Shown: piece by piece, positions 35,446 through 48,830 of the stretch
How the letters are laid out: every line of letters begins with the position of its first letter
Numbering within the stretch: position 1 is the stretch's first letter
Origin: Haplodiscus bocki
Taxonomy: Eukaryota
Direction of reading: 5' to 3'
DNA length: 64,000 bases
NCBI GenBank assembly: GCA_965655095.1
Contig: OZ296648.1
Span: 163,556,001 to 163,620,000, forward strand
Notes under the pieces: generated by a model
Seen by the model: only the letters and a program-made list of their open reading frames with translations
Told to the model about the DNA's origin: nothing
The model's database searches: none
Translations under genes and position numbers: made by a program

Positions 35446-38049
35446 TGAATTTTATTTTTTTTACTGAAAAACAACAGTCACAGTAATATCTATTCCAGAG
35501 GTCATCGTTTGTTTTGTTATGTTTATGTATAATAGACAATGGTTTTAAGCTGAAGTCTGTTGTTCGTTTGGGTGACAGTAGAACGAAATATTTCGCTGAG
35601 TAGATTTGTATGATTCATTATAGATTAGAGTCGTGCGTTACTTCTTTATCTATCGTTGCTGAAGAGAGTCGGTCGTTGAGTAATAACTGAAGTGAATAGA
35701 GAACAGTTGAGTCGACAAAAAGTCGATGATTCAATCTGTCATTGCCAGTCGAGAGAAGAGTGAGAGAATCATACAAAGCTTGTATGCGTTGATGATGTTA
35801 TTGTTTATCCCTTTATAGCGGATTGAAAAAGATGGGCTGCTACGATTTTCTGCATTCGAATGGAAACGATTTGTTCCAGGATTTGTCATCTAAGATTGGG
35901 TTAGTGAAAGAAACAGAGGGCAAGACTCTACTACAACATTAGTATACTTTCACACCATGGACATAGTGAAAAGAGTGGTGGTGCCGACAATAGATGCAGT
36001 GGCGATGAGGTGTGACATGCTGGCGAAATTGAAGAAGTTGAGCGATTGACTGAGTGGAGAGTGGCGGTTGATGTAGTATTTACACGGAAAGTCGTGGGGG
36101 ATATCCCATGAACGCGGGCTAACTTTTGAAAAGTTTGTCTAATTTTTATTTTGAATAAATTTACAGTTATTAGAGTAGTTATCATTGTATGGAACGAATA
36201 TGATAGTACAATAAAAATAAGGGTTGTGACTAAACTTTGATGAGTAAAATTTTGCTAAAGTTATTTTGATTTTCTTTAGAAGTTTAGGTTTTTTGTTGAG
36301 TTTTGAAGAAATGAAGGCCATACTGGTCTTCTGAGACATTAGGACATCCTATTGTGTAGCAGAGGTTCTTAGCTTTATGCTGATCTTTTTAGATCGAAAA
36401 ATTGTAGAGTTGTTTTCTGGGCCCAACTGCGCGAAGCACAAAGTGTGGATTTGCCTCCTTCTGAGTCTTTGGCATTTTTTTGTCAACTGCTTTTTTAGCA
36501 GTGCTGCATCTAAAGACCGGTCTTTCATAGTTGGGTGGAGTGTGATGTATGTTAGTGTGAAGAGCGTGCTGAGCATGAAAGTTTTCATATGAGTTTTGGT
36601 GAAAGTTTTTGAAAGAGAAGATTTCGTCTAGTGACTATTATAAGTAAAAACCAAAAATTGTAGTAGTTTTGAGAAAGTTAAATTGGATATGCATAAAACT
36701 GAATATATTTTGCAACCGAAAGCCGTATGGGTTAGTTGCTTTAGAAGAGCGTGAGCACAAGTGGTCCTAAGTATAACCAACGACAGGGATTTGAAGTTGG
36801 TCAGAGATGTGTTGAATAATTAATTGGGTTATTGTGGGGTTATGAGGGATAGCATGTGGAGAGATGTGTTAAATGTCTATATCATGAGTTGGGTTGACAG
36901 TGGTTTCTGCAAATGGTGAACGAGGACAAATTTTTTGGAGTTCTTCATGTTAGTTATAAGGTGGAGTAGTAATTTGGGGGATGCTTGATGAGAGTGTCAG
37001 TCATTGGTGACTTGGTGTGCGTGGGGTAGGTGAGTGATTATCAGTGGTGGTGATTGATTGTGTGCTGGGAAAACTTGCGATTGAGAAAGCAAGGAGACGG
37101 TTAGGTAGAGGGATTGTGTAACTGTAAGTGTGGTTAGGGAGGGTGCAAAAACAGACTGCGATTGTGGAGGTGTAATTGTTAGGCTGCAATGGAGTAGTGA
37201 AATTAACTTTGAGAGAATTGGATCGAAGTGTGGCGGTCACATTTTGGGTAGAATTTGAGATATTAGTGAAAAGAGCTGTTTGTGGGTTGTTTGGGTTAAG
37301 ACCAATGGTTTACGTTTGTGCGGTAGAATGCACAGGTTCAAATGAAGCTTTTTAAGGTAGTGTTGTGGAGGGGCTTGACTCTTGCGATGGCGTAGAGTCA
37401 GATGGTGGACTTGCAGAAATCGGAGTGGCGGGGTCAAGCAGTTAAGTGTCAAAATCGGAATGAGTGAGCGGGTCTTGTTCATGTTGAATGGGCGTAGCTG
37501 GCATGTTGGCACTTGCTTCCGTATTCTAAAAGATTTAGAAAAGAATTTATTCTTTACCGCGGACGTGTTTCTTCAATTTGAGGGAAAACACTCATTGTCA
37601 GCATATGGAAGTGTGATACGGCGCTATTTTTTAGCATTAGTCGGTGAGCGATGTTTTGAGAATGAGATTGTTTTTCGCAAGGATCTGTTGCATTTCCTTC
37701 GAGAAAAAACTTCGTGGCAGAAAGACAGTTTGTCTTTGTCGTGCCGCTGAAACTAAAGAATCACAGTTCCCAATGGTTTGTGATATTGGTAAAAAAGATG
37801 AATTGGAGGAAGTTTTTTTAGTGAGTGTTTTTATTTCCTCGGTTATTTCGGTTGAATTTCTGGAAAAGTGTTAGAATTAGACTTTGTTTGATCCAAGTTA
37901 GCCTTTTGTGAAGCAATAGTTCCATTAATAATGGGTAAGATATGAATATTTTGTTCGATTCCTATTTTATTGTTATCAAACCCCTTTTTTGAATATTTCG
38001 GGTTGTGGTTGAAAAGTTCAAGCATTCCTTTGAGTTTTATTCCAGTAAT

Positions 38050-40330
38050 CGACATAAATAGGACAGCAAAAAAGCTTTTTCTTCTCCGAACATTTTATTT
38101 GGCTGGAGGGTTTTAATGACATAAACGATTGTCGTTATTCAAAATTGTAAAAATTGATGGGTTGCTTAAAAATGGCCGCTTTTAGTGAGAAAAAAATATG
38201 GTCATCCCAATGTGCAAATCAGCATTTTTTTCAGCCAATGACGTGTGAAAAACTTATTTAGAGTGAGCATGCGATCTGTTGTTCTTCGCATTTGTCTTGT
38301 CGTTTAAGATTGAAAAGATTCTTGATTATCTGAATCGACATCATTGTCAAAAAAAATCGTAACTAACTGTTTCGCCTAACATTTGTATTTTTCCATCTGA
38401 ATGTTTTCATGATAAGATTCGATTCCAGAAATTTTTCACGCTCAAGGGATTGTAAATCTGCGGTGTGAGTTGAAAGGGTATTTGGTTGTATTGTCCTGCG
38501 AATTTCAGACGGCTTAAAATCAGCTGGTTGATCTTGTTTTCGTGGCGAGGTGTTAGTAAAAAATATAAATTACCACATCTTTGCAACAATGTCAGCTGGA
38601 TTACCATCACAAGAAATGTCAGTGGCAAATTAACTAGTTTGTCGAGTGATGGGGTCTAACTAAATTAGTGTATCTTGATAAAAATGTTATTTTGTCAAAA
38701 CATTTTTCTTTATGACTGTGGAGTGGCAAAAGATGATGTTGCCATGCCTAGAGCCAGGGTGATGCGCCTTCAATATGAACAAAATTACTTCAATTTCCTC
38801 ATACTGGATAGGCAGCCATAAAGGGATCAGTTTGAGCAAGTGAAAGGATAGTAAGAACTTGAGTCCGTTCTAGTTGACGTAGTTGAGTGAAGGTATTCAT
38901 TTCGGGGGTAGCCATAAATTCATAAATATGGTTTGGAGTATATCCAACTTTAGAATTAAAATGAGTTGATGTTATAAAATCTAATGTTCCCAATCGTACA
39001 CCTATACTTAGGTCTATGTATTGAGTTACATTGCCTTCAGTAGTGGATTCAATTTTTTAGTTTTGCACATCAACAGTGTTTAAAGGAGAATCATTTTGTG
39101 ACATTCTATTCTGTTGCCATGAATTACGTTTATCAGGGGATTTTTGAATAATTCCCAGATCTATGCAAGTATCGAAACCACCATCGTAGCGTGTTAGATT
39201 ACCTTCATTCCGAGATTCTTTGGAGGGTAATTGTTGATTACAAAAATCTTCAATTGACGGTAAATCCTGAAATTGGGTATTTTCGTATCCATGATCCCTG
39301 ATGTTCGGTGAGTCTAGAGATGGAGTGGTTTACTTTTTTATCAGGTAAGGATTCTACCCAAAAACGACTTCTGTATTTCGTTATTTATTCTTCAAAGTGA
39401 TGAAAAGAAAAGTCAAAACAGTGGTCATTATGAAGCCAATTATTCAAGGCAAGAAAATTGTCTGTCGGTTCACAACATTCATCTTTAAAGGTGCATAGTA
39501 AAACATGTGTGTTTCATACCAATTATTTTTGTTTTAAGAGCGGAATCGACTTTTCGAAAAACGAATTTTCTAATTAATAGTAATGATGTACATTTCGTTA
39601 ATTTGTTTATTTTTACATTCAAGTGTTTCTTTGTAGTAGAGTCTGGAATCCTTGATTTTTATTTTGATTAAGGGCTGTACACCCATACACCCAAAACGTC
39701 TTGATCCAATGGTGTTGCTTGCATGGGACTTTGAACGAGAATGAGAACTTTTTGTTGTTTTATATTAGTTAAGAAGGAAATGTGTTGAGGAGTTTCGGTA
39801 GTTCGATTAAGTTGTCGACTGGAAAAGTGCAAGAGATAGCGGTTTTGACTGTGACAGTCATTTTTAAGAACAAGATGACACCTAGACGTTGTGCTCGGAC
39901 AAGAGTTTCATCAACCATGGTATTGGTTAAGGTTAGTTTTGTATCCGCAAGTTTTAGTTGTTTTTTGACATAAGAAAACATTAGTAAGTTGTGACAGTAG
40001 TCTTTTTCAACGCTGATAAGCAAATCGGCACATATTTTTTTGTTGAAAACATCATGTGGATTTGTGCTACAATCACTAACTCTATTGAGACTAATCCGGC
40101 GTACGTTAGGACTTTCCTGACAATCACAATGACTTGCCAATTTTTTGGTAATTTAGTCTTTTTCAACAGGGTGGCTTTGATCTCTAAGGTGTTCGTCTTG
40201 AAAAAAGTGGAAGTTTCGTTGAGCTGGAAACCTAAAAGGATGTTGGGTTTGATGAGGAGGTCACAGGAGTTGACGATTGGATAAAAATGGTATCTGTGGT
40301 GTTTTAAGAGTCGGTTGACTATTTTTTACA
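38050..40330 (-). pseudogene. env-like glycoprotein relic resembling class III viral fusogens (chuvirus G / herpesvirus gB)
   Basis: Cys-rich N-terminal fragment SHCDCQESPNVRRISLNRVSDC. Central helix FTQLRQLERTQVLTILSLAQTDPFMAAY. Across frameshifts it continues GN*SNFVHIEGASPWL..KCFDKITF/YQDTLI*LDPITRQTS*FATDISCDGNP. A hydrophobic TM-like remnant lies near 38100-38230. Confidence 0.65.
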
Positions 40331-41299
40331 AAATACCCATATTAAAAGTGTTCAATAAAAAGAGGAAAATTTATTTGAAAGAAACCTAAAAGCGTAGCAA
40401 AGAAAAAAGATAGATTGAAGAGATTTTTTTAAGCTTTCAACTAGCAGCAGGATAGACTCTGTTGTTTGTCAGGTAGCAGCAAACCGTTCTTGTTGATGGA
40501 ATTATTATGGCTAGTGAAATTGGTCAGAGAAGTGACCGAGAGTTCTAGGACACTGTTTTCGTTGTCGAAGGGCGTATTAGTTTTAGGTGTGGAGAAATGT
40601 GTCCGAAGGATGTTCTTGAAAAACAAGAATGGTCATGGCAATGTAAATCAAATGATTGGTTGGTAGCTTCACATAAATGTAATTTTTATTAGATAATGAA
40701 GGTGGTTTGATGACCTGCTAAAATTTGTAAAGAAGCGTTTTGATTTCTAAGAGTTTATTAGTTTTGAATTGTCAAAAGCAATTTCAAAAAATGTTTCAAC
40801 TTAAAATTCTATTTGTTTGCATATTTGGTCTAAATTGATAGACTGAGAGATTTTATAAAACGATGAAACTTCGAAGAGTAGTGGCTGTTTGAGCTGATTT
40901 CAACCATTCTTATTCACAGTGAAAAAAAAATTTGGATGGAGGTATATGGGTGCGGTAGTCTTTGAGAGGTTGTTGTCGAAAACGGCGAGTCAATCGGCCT
41001 GGAGAAAAAATGGAAGTTTCAGAAGTTTTGGTGTCTAATACAGGCGCAGTTGGTGGTGTGGTATCAGTTTGACTAAATATTTTTTGATCTTTCAGCGTAG
41101 TAGGCGCTTGTTGAGATTTATCAAGCATTATTGGAGACGAGGTATTGTAAGGGGAATTTGTTGAAGTATGTTATCCATCAATCAAAGTGAGATCTGGTGT
41201 GGTCTTATTGTCAGAAATTTCTGAAGAGTCGTATGGTGATTGCTCGGGTGAATAAATATTCTAAGCTGGGTTAAACGATGATATTTCTATATGTGGATT

Positions 41300-44200
41300 C
41301 AATTAAACAATTTCATACTGCTGAACACGTTTTTGCAAATGAGGGACGATGGGATAAAACGGGGTTAAATGATTTCGGTTGGCGAGAAGAATATTTCTTT
41401 GAGCTGACAGTTATTCATAATTCAATCTTGTGATGTTAGGCACGATTTTATAAGGACCTGTTCTCAATGGCTGTATTTTTTGACATGAATTTAGATTTAA
41501 TTTGAAAGTTCTATGTAAAACGAAATTGCTTTTTTGAAATTTATATGTTTTTCCAAACCTTAGTTGAGTTTTTCAGTTCTGAATTTGAGATCATTTTTTC
41601 TTTAGTAGTGAGATTTTGAAGAGACTAAAAATTCTGCTTGACATCTCTGTTTTTAAAGTATTCGAAGTTCGGAATTCAATGTTTGGTCAAGAGTGGTTCA
41701 ACAAATAAATTTTGATCTGTGTTAGTATTATGAGAGCAAGTTGGTAGATTTTAACGAAACTGACAGGTACAGGTTTGATGCTGCTCACGTGTGATTTCTA
41801 CAGTAAATTCTATAGGGATACCGGGTTTTTCTTCAAACACCCTTTCGAATGGAGGTAATGCAGCGTTAGTAAAATTTTGCGTGTTATGTGAAGGTAAGAA
41901 ATTCAGCTTCGTCGGACCAATAAAAAATATTTTAAAGTGAGTTAATACGAATGAATCTTCCAAGGAGTTTGTTTTGGCTTCAAACTAATCCACTTGCCCA
42001 TGGGTTGTTCGTATGACGCGGACAAGGTTTTATTCCTAAAAGATTACACAGGCTTTTCAATTACGGTATTAAAACAATCGAATCCTTTATCTGTATAAAG
42101 ACTTTTTGGTGGGCCAAAAAGAATATTCAAATACCTTAAAAAAACATTGGCAGCGGTTCATGCATCGCTGTGTGGAGTTGGTTTGTTTTATTACTTATTG
42201 ACTGATAGCATCGCAAATGACAAAAATCTAACTTTTTCCATTTGAAGACGTTTGTATTCGACCTTTCGCCTCCGTAATTACACGATAATTAAAACGTTCA
42301 GAGGTGTCAACAAATTTGAACTGGGGAGCGGTTTTCATATCTAATTCGGAAGTTTTTTTGATATGGCATGAGATGCAAGTCTTTGAAAAAAAATCAACCG
42401 ATTCCCCTAATCCCTGTGTTGTAAAGACAATTTTCGATTTTACTGTATGTTCTGTCTTCTCCATAATGACCAGAAAAATCGAGCTACGGTGCTCTATAAA
42501 ATGCCTTGAACAATAGTTTTAGAGGGAGACAGACTTGTGTTTTTCGGAAAGGACTTAATTCAATTACAGAGTAAGTGGTTAAATAAAAGAGGCCTGAGAC
42601 TTAATCTATTTGCAAAACTTCAAAGTGGTCAAAATTTCGACTGAGTGCGTTGTTGCCTGAAAAAAATCTACTTCTTGAGAATTTGGAGTCAATGGGTCCC
42701 TGAGCCAGGCTCTAAGAAATTCCAGAACAAAATCAGTTTTTTCATTTTTAAGAAAAGTTTCTTTTTCAAAATTTATGTTATTCGATGCAAAGAAATCAAG
42801 ATATTTCTTTGCATCAGCACTAAAAACGGAAACCAATGGCTACTTTTGAGGCATTGGCTCTTCTATTATGGTACTTGAGAGATTGGTTTGTTGCTATTGA
42901 TGTAGCTTATTTGTATCGATTGATGATTGGTTCTTCGCAGATATCAGCTGTTCTCATGGGAAAAACTGTAGTTCTGCTCGTCTTGGATTTTACTTAGCGA
43001 CAATATCATCCTTATCAAAACGTACGTTACTATCATTCAAAAGTGCGGATTAGTTTGCAGGTGTTTTACGCTTTTTAAAGAGTTTTTGAGAACATTTCCA
43101 TTTAAAAGAATTAAATCCCTAAGAGAAAGAATTTCTTCATTGGGTGATGTGGTATTTGTTTTTTAACCACTGTCATTCATTTCTGAAATGAATATACATT
43201 TTATTTCTTCTCCGGTAGTTTTGGTATGATTTGTTCGAGTCGGAGTTTCGAATTGGTTCACCTTTGATGGCATATTAGGTTTGATGAACATTTGAAAGTT
43301 CTGTGAATGAAGCTGTATGGAATTTTTTTAGAAGTCTGAATTGTTGTAGGCAATTTTAATTGATATTGCAAAACACTGGTAGGGAAGTTTCGACTCAGCA
43401 ATTTGGCCTCTGAAAATTTCCCCTTATGTCCAAAAATTAACGGAGTTAACGGAACCTTGTGTTTTGGAAATCCTGGTATTACACTTTGATATCGGAAATT
43501 GCGAAGATTTATGTTACCTTTTGTTGAAGTTAGACTCGGTATGGGTTTATGATCCTTAAAAATTGTTATTGGATGATTCAGCCAAATATTAGGAGTTCAT
43601 ATATCTCTAAAGCATAAACGACATCAAATATTTCACGATAATTGGCACCAATTTTTTGTTCACCTTCAGTAGTTTTGCGAGAAGTACATGAATTAAATTT
43701 CATTTGGTCTTTATTGTCAACTTCAACTGAAACAAGGGCTAAGCAAATTGCAGAGGAGTCAACAAAAACAGGGATTGGGTTTTTCTATTTTCGGAAGAGT
43801 GATTGCACACGTTTGCGTTGAAGTTTGTTTCACTTCAGTAAAAGATTTTTCGTATACTTCGCTCGAAGGAAACGGAATATCATCGTGAAGTAAGTTATAC
43901 GATGGTGTTAAAGTAACATGCAAATTTGGGACAATTTTTGAACAATTCTTCAAAGCTCAAAGATGTTTCATTAACTCCTTTTGTGAGTCAAGTCATTTTA
44001 TATAATTGAGAGCTTCATTTCTATAGACTTCTGGAATAATTTTATTTTAGTTAAAAAGGTGTCAAGGAAACGTATCAGCAATGTGAAAAGAAAAAGTCTT
44101 ATCTGGAGCTGCTTTGAGTTAGTGCCAGAAATGAGTAGTGCTTGATGAAAGTTTTAGAGTCGTTCAAGCAATCGAGGTTTCTTTTCGGCTTGAACTAGGA

Positions 44201-45800
44201 TAACATTAATAGTTTTTAATTTGAGTTCTTTTGATAAGTGGACAAGTAGAGTTGGCATTATTCGAGTTCAAAACGCAGGTAGGCTTCCACCCTATGAAAG
44301 CCACGTGAAATATTTTATTCTTCAATCCCAACAATAAAATGGACTAATTTCTGTGTTCCAGGAGTGAGAACAGCTTAGTGATAAGCAGTATAAAAATTTG
44401 TTTTGCCAAAGATTTTGCGGTTAATTCCTGGAATTGAAATTTGAACCGGTAATGTTGGAAAATGGTATTGTGAAACATCAAGTAAAGCGTTCAGAAATCT
44501 AGCATCAAGGAAGATTTTTTATGTGTCTTTTCAAGGTAGATTTCTTATAGGATTTATAAAGTCTGAACGTTTTTCAATTTTTCTGGTGGTGCTTAATCAA
44601 AAGCGTTCGATTTTACTATTGTGTTGTAGATCATTGAGAATCTGTTCCATTTGAGCTCGTTAAGGAGTGAGAACTTTTTTGATACGTTGTTTTTCCAATT
44701 CGGCATCAAGTTTAAGTTTGATATGAAAAATTGTACCTACGACGCCAAAATCTTCTTTTTGTTGGAAGTAAATATCTTGAATTTATCACACCATTTGCTT
44801 GAGATTGAGGAGATCTTGTGATGAAAGTTGGCAATAAGTGAAAATAAATTTGTGGAGAAAGGAGTGATATTTAGGATCGCGTTTGTTAATTTGTAAAGAA
44901 ATCTCAGGTTGAGGATTTTTTGATACTTGAATGACATCATAAATAGGAACAAGATTAGATGGGTATTCAGTAACGGCAGAAGATGTGTCATGTACATGAA
45001 ATGTGTCTGGGTACATTTTATAGAAAATTGTTTGTGTAACTTGGTTCAGAATATAGACTTAAATGGTTGTGGTGGAGATTGAAACTCACGATTTGGTTTC
45101 TGGTAAATCATTTTATCTGAGAAGACCAATCGGAATTGCAATGAGACCTTTCGTTGTGTTCTCTAGATTAACATCAGGATAATGAGCTTGTGGATTTGAG
45201 TAAAAAGTTTCTGTATAAATTAATTGACTATACTGTTGGTGCAGCAGTGGAGAGGAAGGAACACCTGTCTTCAAAAATGTTCTGGTGGGAGAATCAGTAA
45301 ATTGTTTGAAGGGAAGTTTTACCACTTGTATAGGACGACCAGGAAATATAACAGGTTTTTCAACTGTCAAATTGATTTTTTTCAGAAGGGCGGTGGTTTT
45401 TTAAGAAAAATTTCTGAGAATTGTTTTCGCTGGAGAGGAATTCTATTCTGTACGTTATATTCTAAAGTAAGACATGAATATTCAGTATCGAGTGTTTCAC
45501 AACAAGTTGGGAAAAAAGTAAATCCAACTTTTTTGTGTTCTGTATCAGCTATTGCAAAGGTGATTGTTAGTGTTGCATGATGGTCTCTACACGGAAGGAT
45601 TGTAAGCCTAACAACACCTTCAGTTAGTAGTAAATTGACTACTGGCAGTTCTCCATTTTGTGTCAGCATCTTTTTTGAGTACGTATAAAGACGTTGAAAG
45701 GTTTGTTTTTATCGAATTCTAAGTTTGAGTGTTTAAAATATAATTTGTTGAACTTGTTTCTAAAAGGAATTCAATTTCCAAAATATTGAGTTCAGTTATT
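41300..45800 (-). pseudogene. Gypsy pol relic: protease, RT, RNase H, integrase
   Basis: PR-like IEFLLETSST at ~45760. RT: FINPI..IFLDARFLNALL..TAYH*AVLTPGTQKLVHF..RGF (44300-44560). RH: PVFVDSSA (~43760) and KDHKP (~43550). IN: CISC..FNYRVITEAKGRI..VICDA, YTDKG (~42090), PWASGLV (~42000) and LRTGPYKI (~41455). Confidence 0.88.
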
Positions 45801-45899
45801 TGTGCCGGCTTTCTAATTGGACATTTTACGAAACATAGTAATTAGTCTTTAATTGAGTGTTGTTTATCAAATTAGTAGTTTCAACTATTCCAACATCCA

Positions 45900-47830
45900 A
45901 ATAGTTACCATATTTTAAAATTTGGTCATCTGTCAAAGTATTATCTACAAAATCAGCTTGGAAAACTTTCTTTTGTTATCTACAATTTGATATATCATAG
46001 CAAGTGGAGTTGACAAGCGTGGGGAATTTCGATAATTATTGGTTGAGTTATGTTCTGGAGGAGTGTTAGAACGCGAGTGATGTTTTGGGTTACGAGAATT
46101 GTGAATAGCAGTGATACGATTGTTTGGGGTGATAGACCTAGAACGGTTGTTGAAAAAAAGGTTATGTTTTTCTTCCATTATCATATGAAGGGTAGCTTTG
46201 TCTTTACCTAAAGGTCTGACATCGGAAAAGCCACTGTGAGGAAAAAGGATTGTTTTGCTTCTGCGAGGAAAGATGAGTATTAGGGCCACGTTTGTTCTGT
46301 AAATCCTGATTAGTTTTAAAGAAGCCTTCAAACATTTTTTGTGTTCCAGATTCAGGTTGAGTATCAAATTGTTGTGTAGATTCATAACTCACCTGACGGT
46401 TTTTTTAGCTTGACGCTTAACACATTGTGAGATAGAGTGACCATTTCTCCTACAAAACTTGCATAATTTAGGAACTTTTGGTGATTCTTTTCCATCTGGG
46501 TCCGTTTGATAGCGTGTTTGAAATCGTGATTGGTCAGAGTAGCGTTCTTGAAGTTCAAGGTACTAAACATCAGTGGAACACTTTGGTGTAATCTCATAGG
46601 TAAAGTGTCTCCATTTAGCAAAATTTTGTAAATTTTCGAATGGGACGACTGGTTCATCAACAGTAGCATTATGACTTAACTTCTTTTCGTTAGCTAAGCA
46701 TTTTAATTTAAACGGGAGGCCTTGAAGGAAATGTTTTGAATATTCATGGTTCCGCAATTTTGAGTCAAATTCAAGCCATCCTTTGTTGAATAAATCTTCA
46801 ACAAGGCAAACATAGATAAAAATTGATTCAAAATTGCGGCTTGCATATTTTAGGCTTCAGCTTGGGCTTTAAATTTGATGGTCGTACTATCAAATTGTTC
46901 TAGAAGTTTCGTTAAAAAGATAAACTAGTCTTTGATATCAGTTTCAGACAGACTGTTAAACCAGGATGAAGCGAGGCTATCCAATGACATAAAATTAGAA
47001 ACCATTCTACGATTTTTTCGAATGCGATACTGTTCAAGACTTGTAGGTTTGGGACCTAACTGATAAATAGTACGAGCTTTTTTACCATTCAGAAAAATTT
47101 CACTGGAGAAACGATGTTCGGTACCATTAAAGGTTTGGAATTGACTGGAGAGAACTCGTTGGAATATTGAAACTATATGGATGAGAAGCTGATTGAGAAA
47201 TTGCTACCTGAGAAATAGGTGGTTTGAAGGTAAGAAGTTGAGTGATTACAGAGGATGTTAGTGTATTTGTTGATGGTTCAGTCCAATGTTTAGAAGCAAG
47301 ATTCATGGGAATGGGTTTGGGAGGCTTTCATAAAGAAGAAGCAGGCATCGGTTGGGTAAAATGAGTAGTTAAAGGAATTGGAATTTAGGGTCGAAGTCAA
47401 ACAATAGCAATTGCAGGAGGTTCATTGTGAACGGTAGGAGATGAACCAACTTGCATGGTTTTTAGAGGTAATTGACGTTGAATACTATTAATTTGAGGTT
47501 GTGGTAATTGAAACTGCGTGCTAAACGGTTTTTGTGTGGGAGGCAGTCTTGCGAGTGGGTGAGAAAATAACGGTGTTGGGTGGTGGGCAAAAATTTAAAC
47601 GGTGAAACAAAAATTTTGAGCCGTGGGGGATTGAAGAAGATTTAGAAGTGGCCTATCATAATTTTTGCGTATGTATGGATAAGAAGTTTGTACAACATTT
47701 GTTGGACTATTTGGGGTTGATTGCGTTGCTCGTAATGTTGCTGGTTTATATAATGGCAAGAAGTCAGGATCAGAGGAAATCAGGGTGACAAGACATTGGT
47801 CCATTTCCTGTTTGGTATACAATCTTAAAT
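45900..47830 (-). pseudogene. gag relic with CCHC zinc knuckle
   Basis: 46463-46422 translates CKFCRRNGHSISQC (CX2CX4HX4C). Upstream there is a capsid-like HFLQGLPFKLK and a Pro/Thr-rich N-terminal region. Confidence 0.8.
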
Positions 47831-48809
47831 CTGGATCATGAGATATTCAACCGGTAAGTGGAAAATTGAAACTATACTTGAAATCAAAAATTTCATTAAA
47901 AATAACCGAGGATGAGCGATAAATTAAGATAAGAGTTTTACGGTTTGAAACTGATTATGTTGTTTGAAAAGTGAAATATTTTTTTGAAATTAAACTGTTA
48001 AAATTGAAAGTTCTTTTAGAAAGTATGATGTATCTGGGTTTTCCACTGGACAGAAATGATCTAACGCAGAAAGAAAAGTATAGGGATATGGTCAAAATCT
48101 ATTTGATTTTGGTTGGTAGGGATATTTTGCGGAGGGCGATTTGGAGTATTAGATACCATGTCCACTAAAGTTCATAACACAGAAAAAAAATTGATCAACA
48201 CTTGAAGATTGATGAGCAAACGTTTCATAATCAGGGTCAGCGACATGAAGAGCAGGAAAAAAAATTGGAGGAAAAAGTAATAGATCATAAACATGGATAC
48301 CTTCTTGGTGCGAAATGGAGTGTTCTAGGAAGTGCATAAGAGTTTTGTCATAGCTAAAATAAAGAATGAACGGTTGAATATTTTGGAAGATTTGAAAATT
48401 TTTAAATTTTTGATGGCAGAGAGCAAAAATAAACAAGTCTAACAAAGTTTTGTGGGGGTGAGATTAGTTTTTTATGAAAGATTTTGAAATAAACAGGGTC
48501 ATAATTCTAATAACTAGTATTGATTCTACAAAATGATGTTACTCTAACACCGCGACGAATGAGAGAAGATTTTGCTATGAAAAGTGGTGGTAGCGGAGAG
48601 TAATGTAGTTTATGGTTTTGTTGGTTAACGGTATTGGATGATATGATCTAGGTGAGAAATGAAAATGGGAATGAAAAGCAATTAAGAAAGTACCTTTTTC
48701 AAAATTTAGTTGCCTGAATTGAGGACGAAGCGAGTGTACGAAAGTGGTAGGAGTACTTGAAGAGGAAACGAGTTACAAGAAAAAAATGGAAAATGCATCT
48801 TAGGAGCTG

Positions 48810-48827
48810 AGTCAAAAGATCACACCA
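48810..48827 (-). promoter_or_regulatory. Putative primer-binding site
   Basis: On the minus strand the LTR ends ..CCTAGTCCA, followed by AA and then TGGTGTGATCTTTTGAC. TGG is complementary to the tRNA CCA end; the cognate tRNA was not identified. Confidence 0.6.
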
Positions 48828-48830
48828 TTT

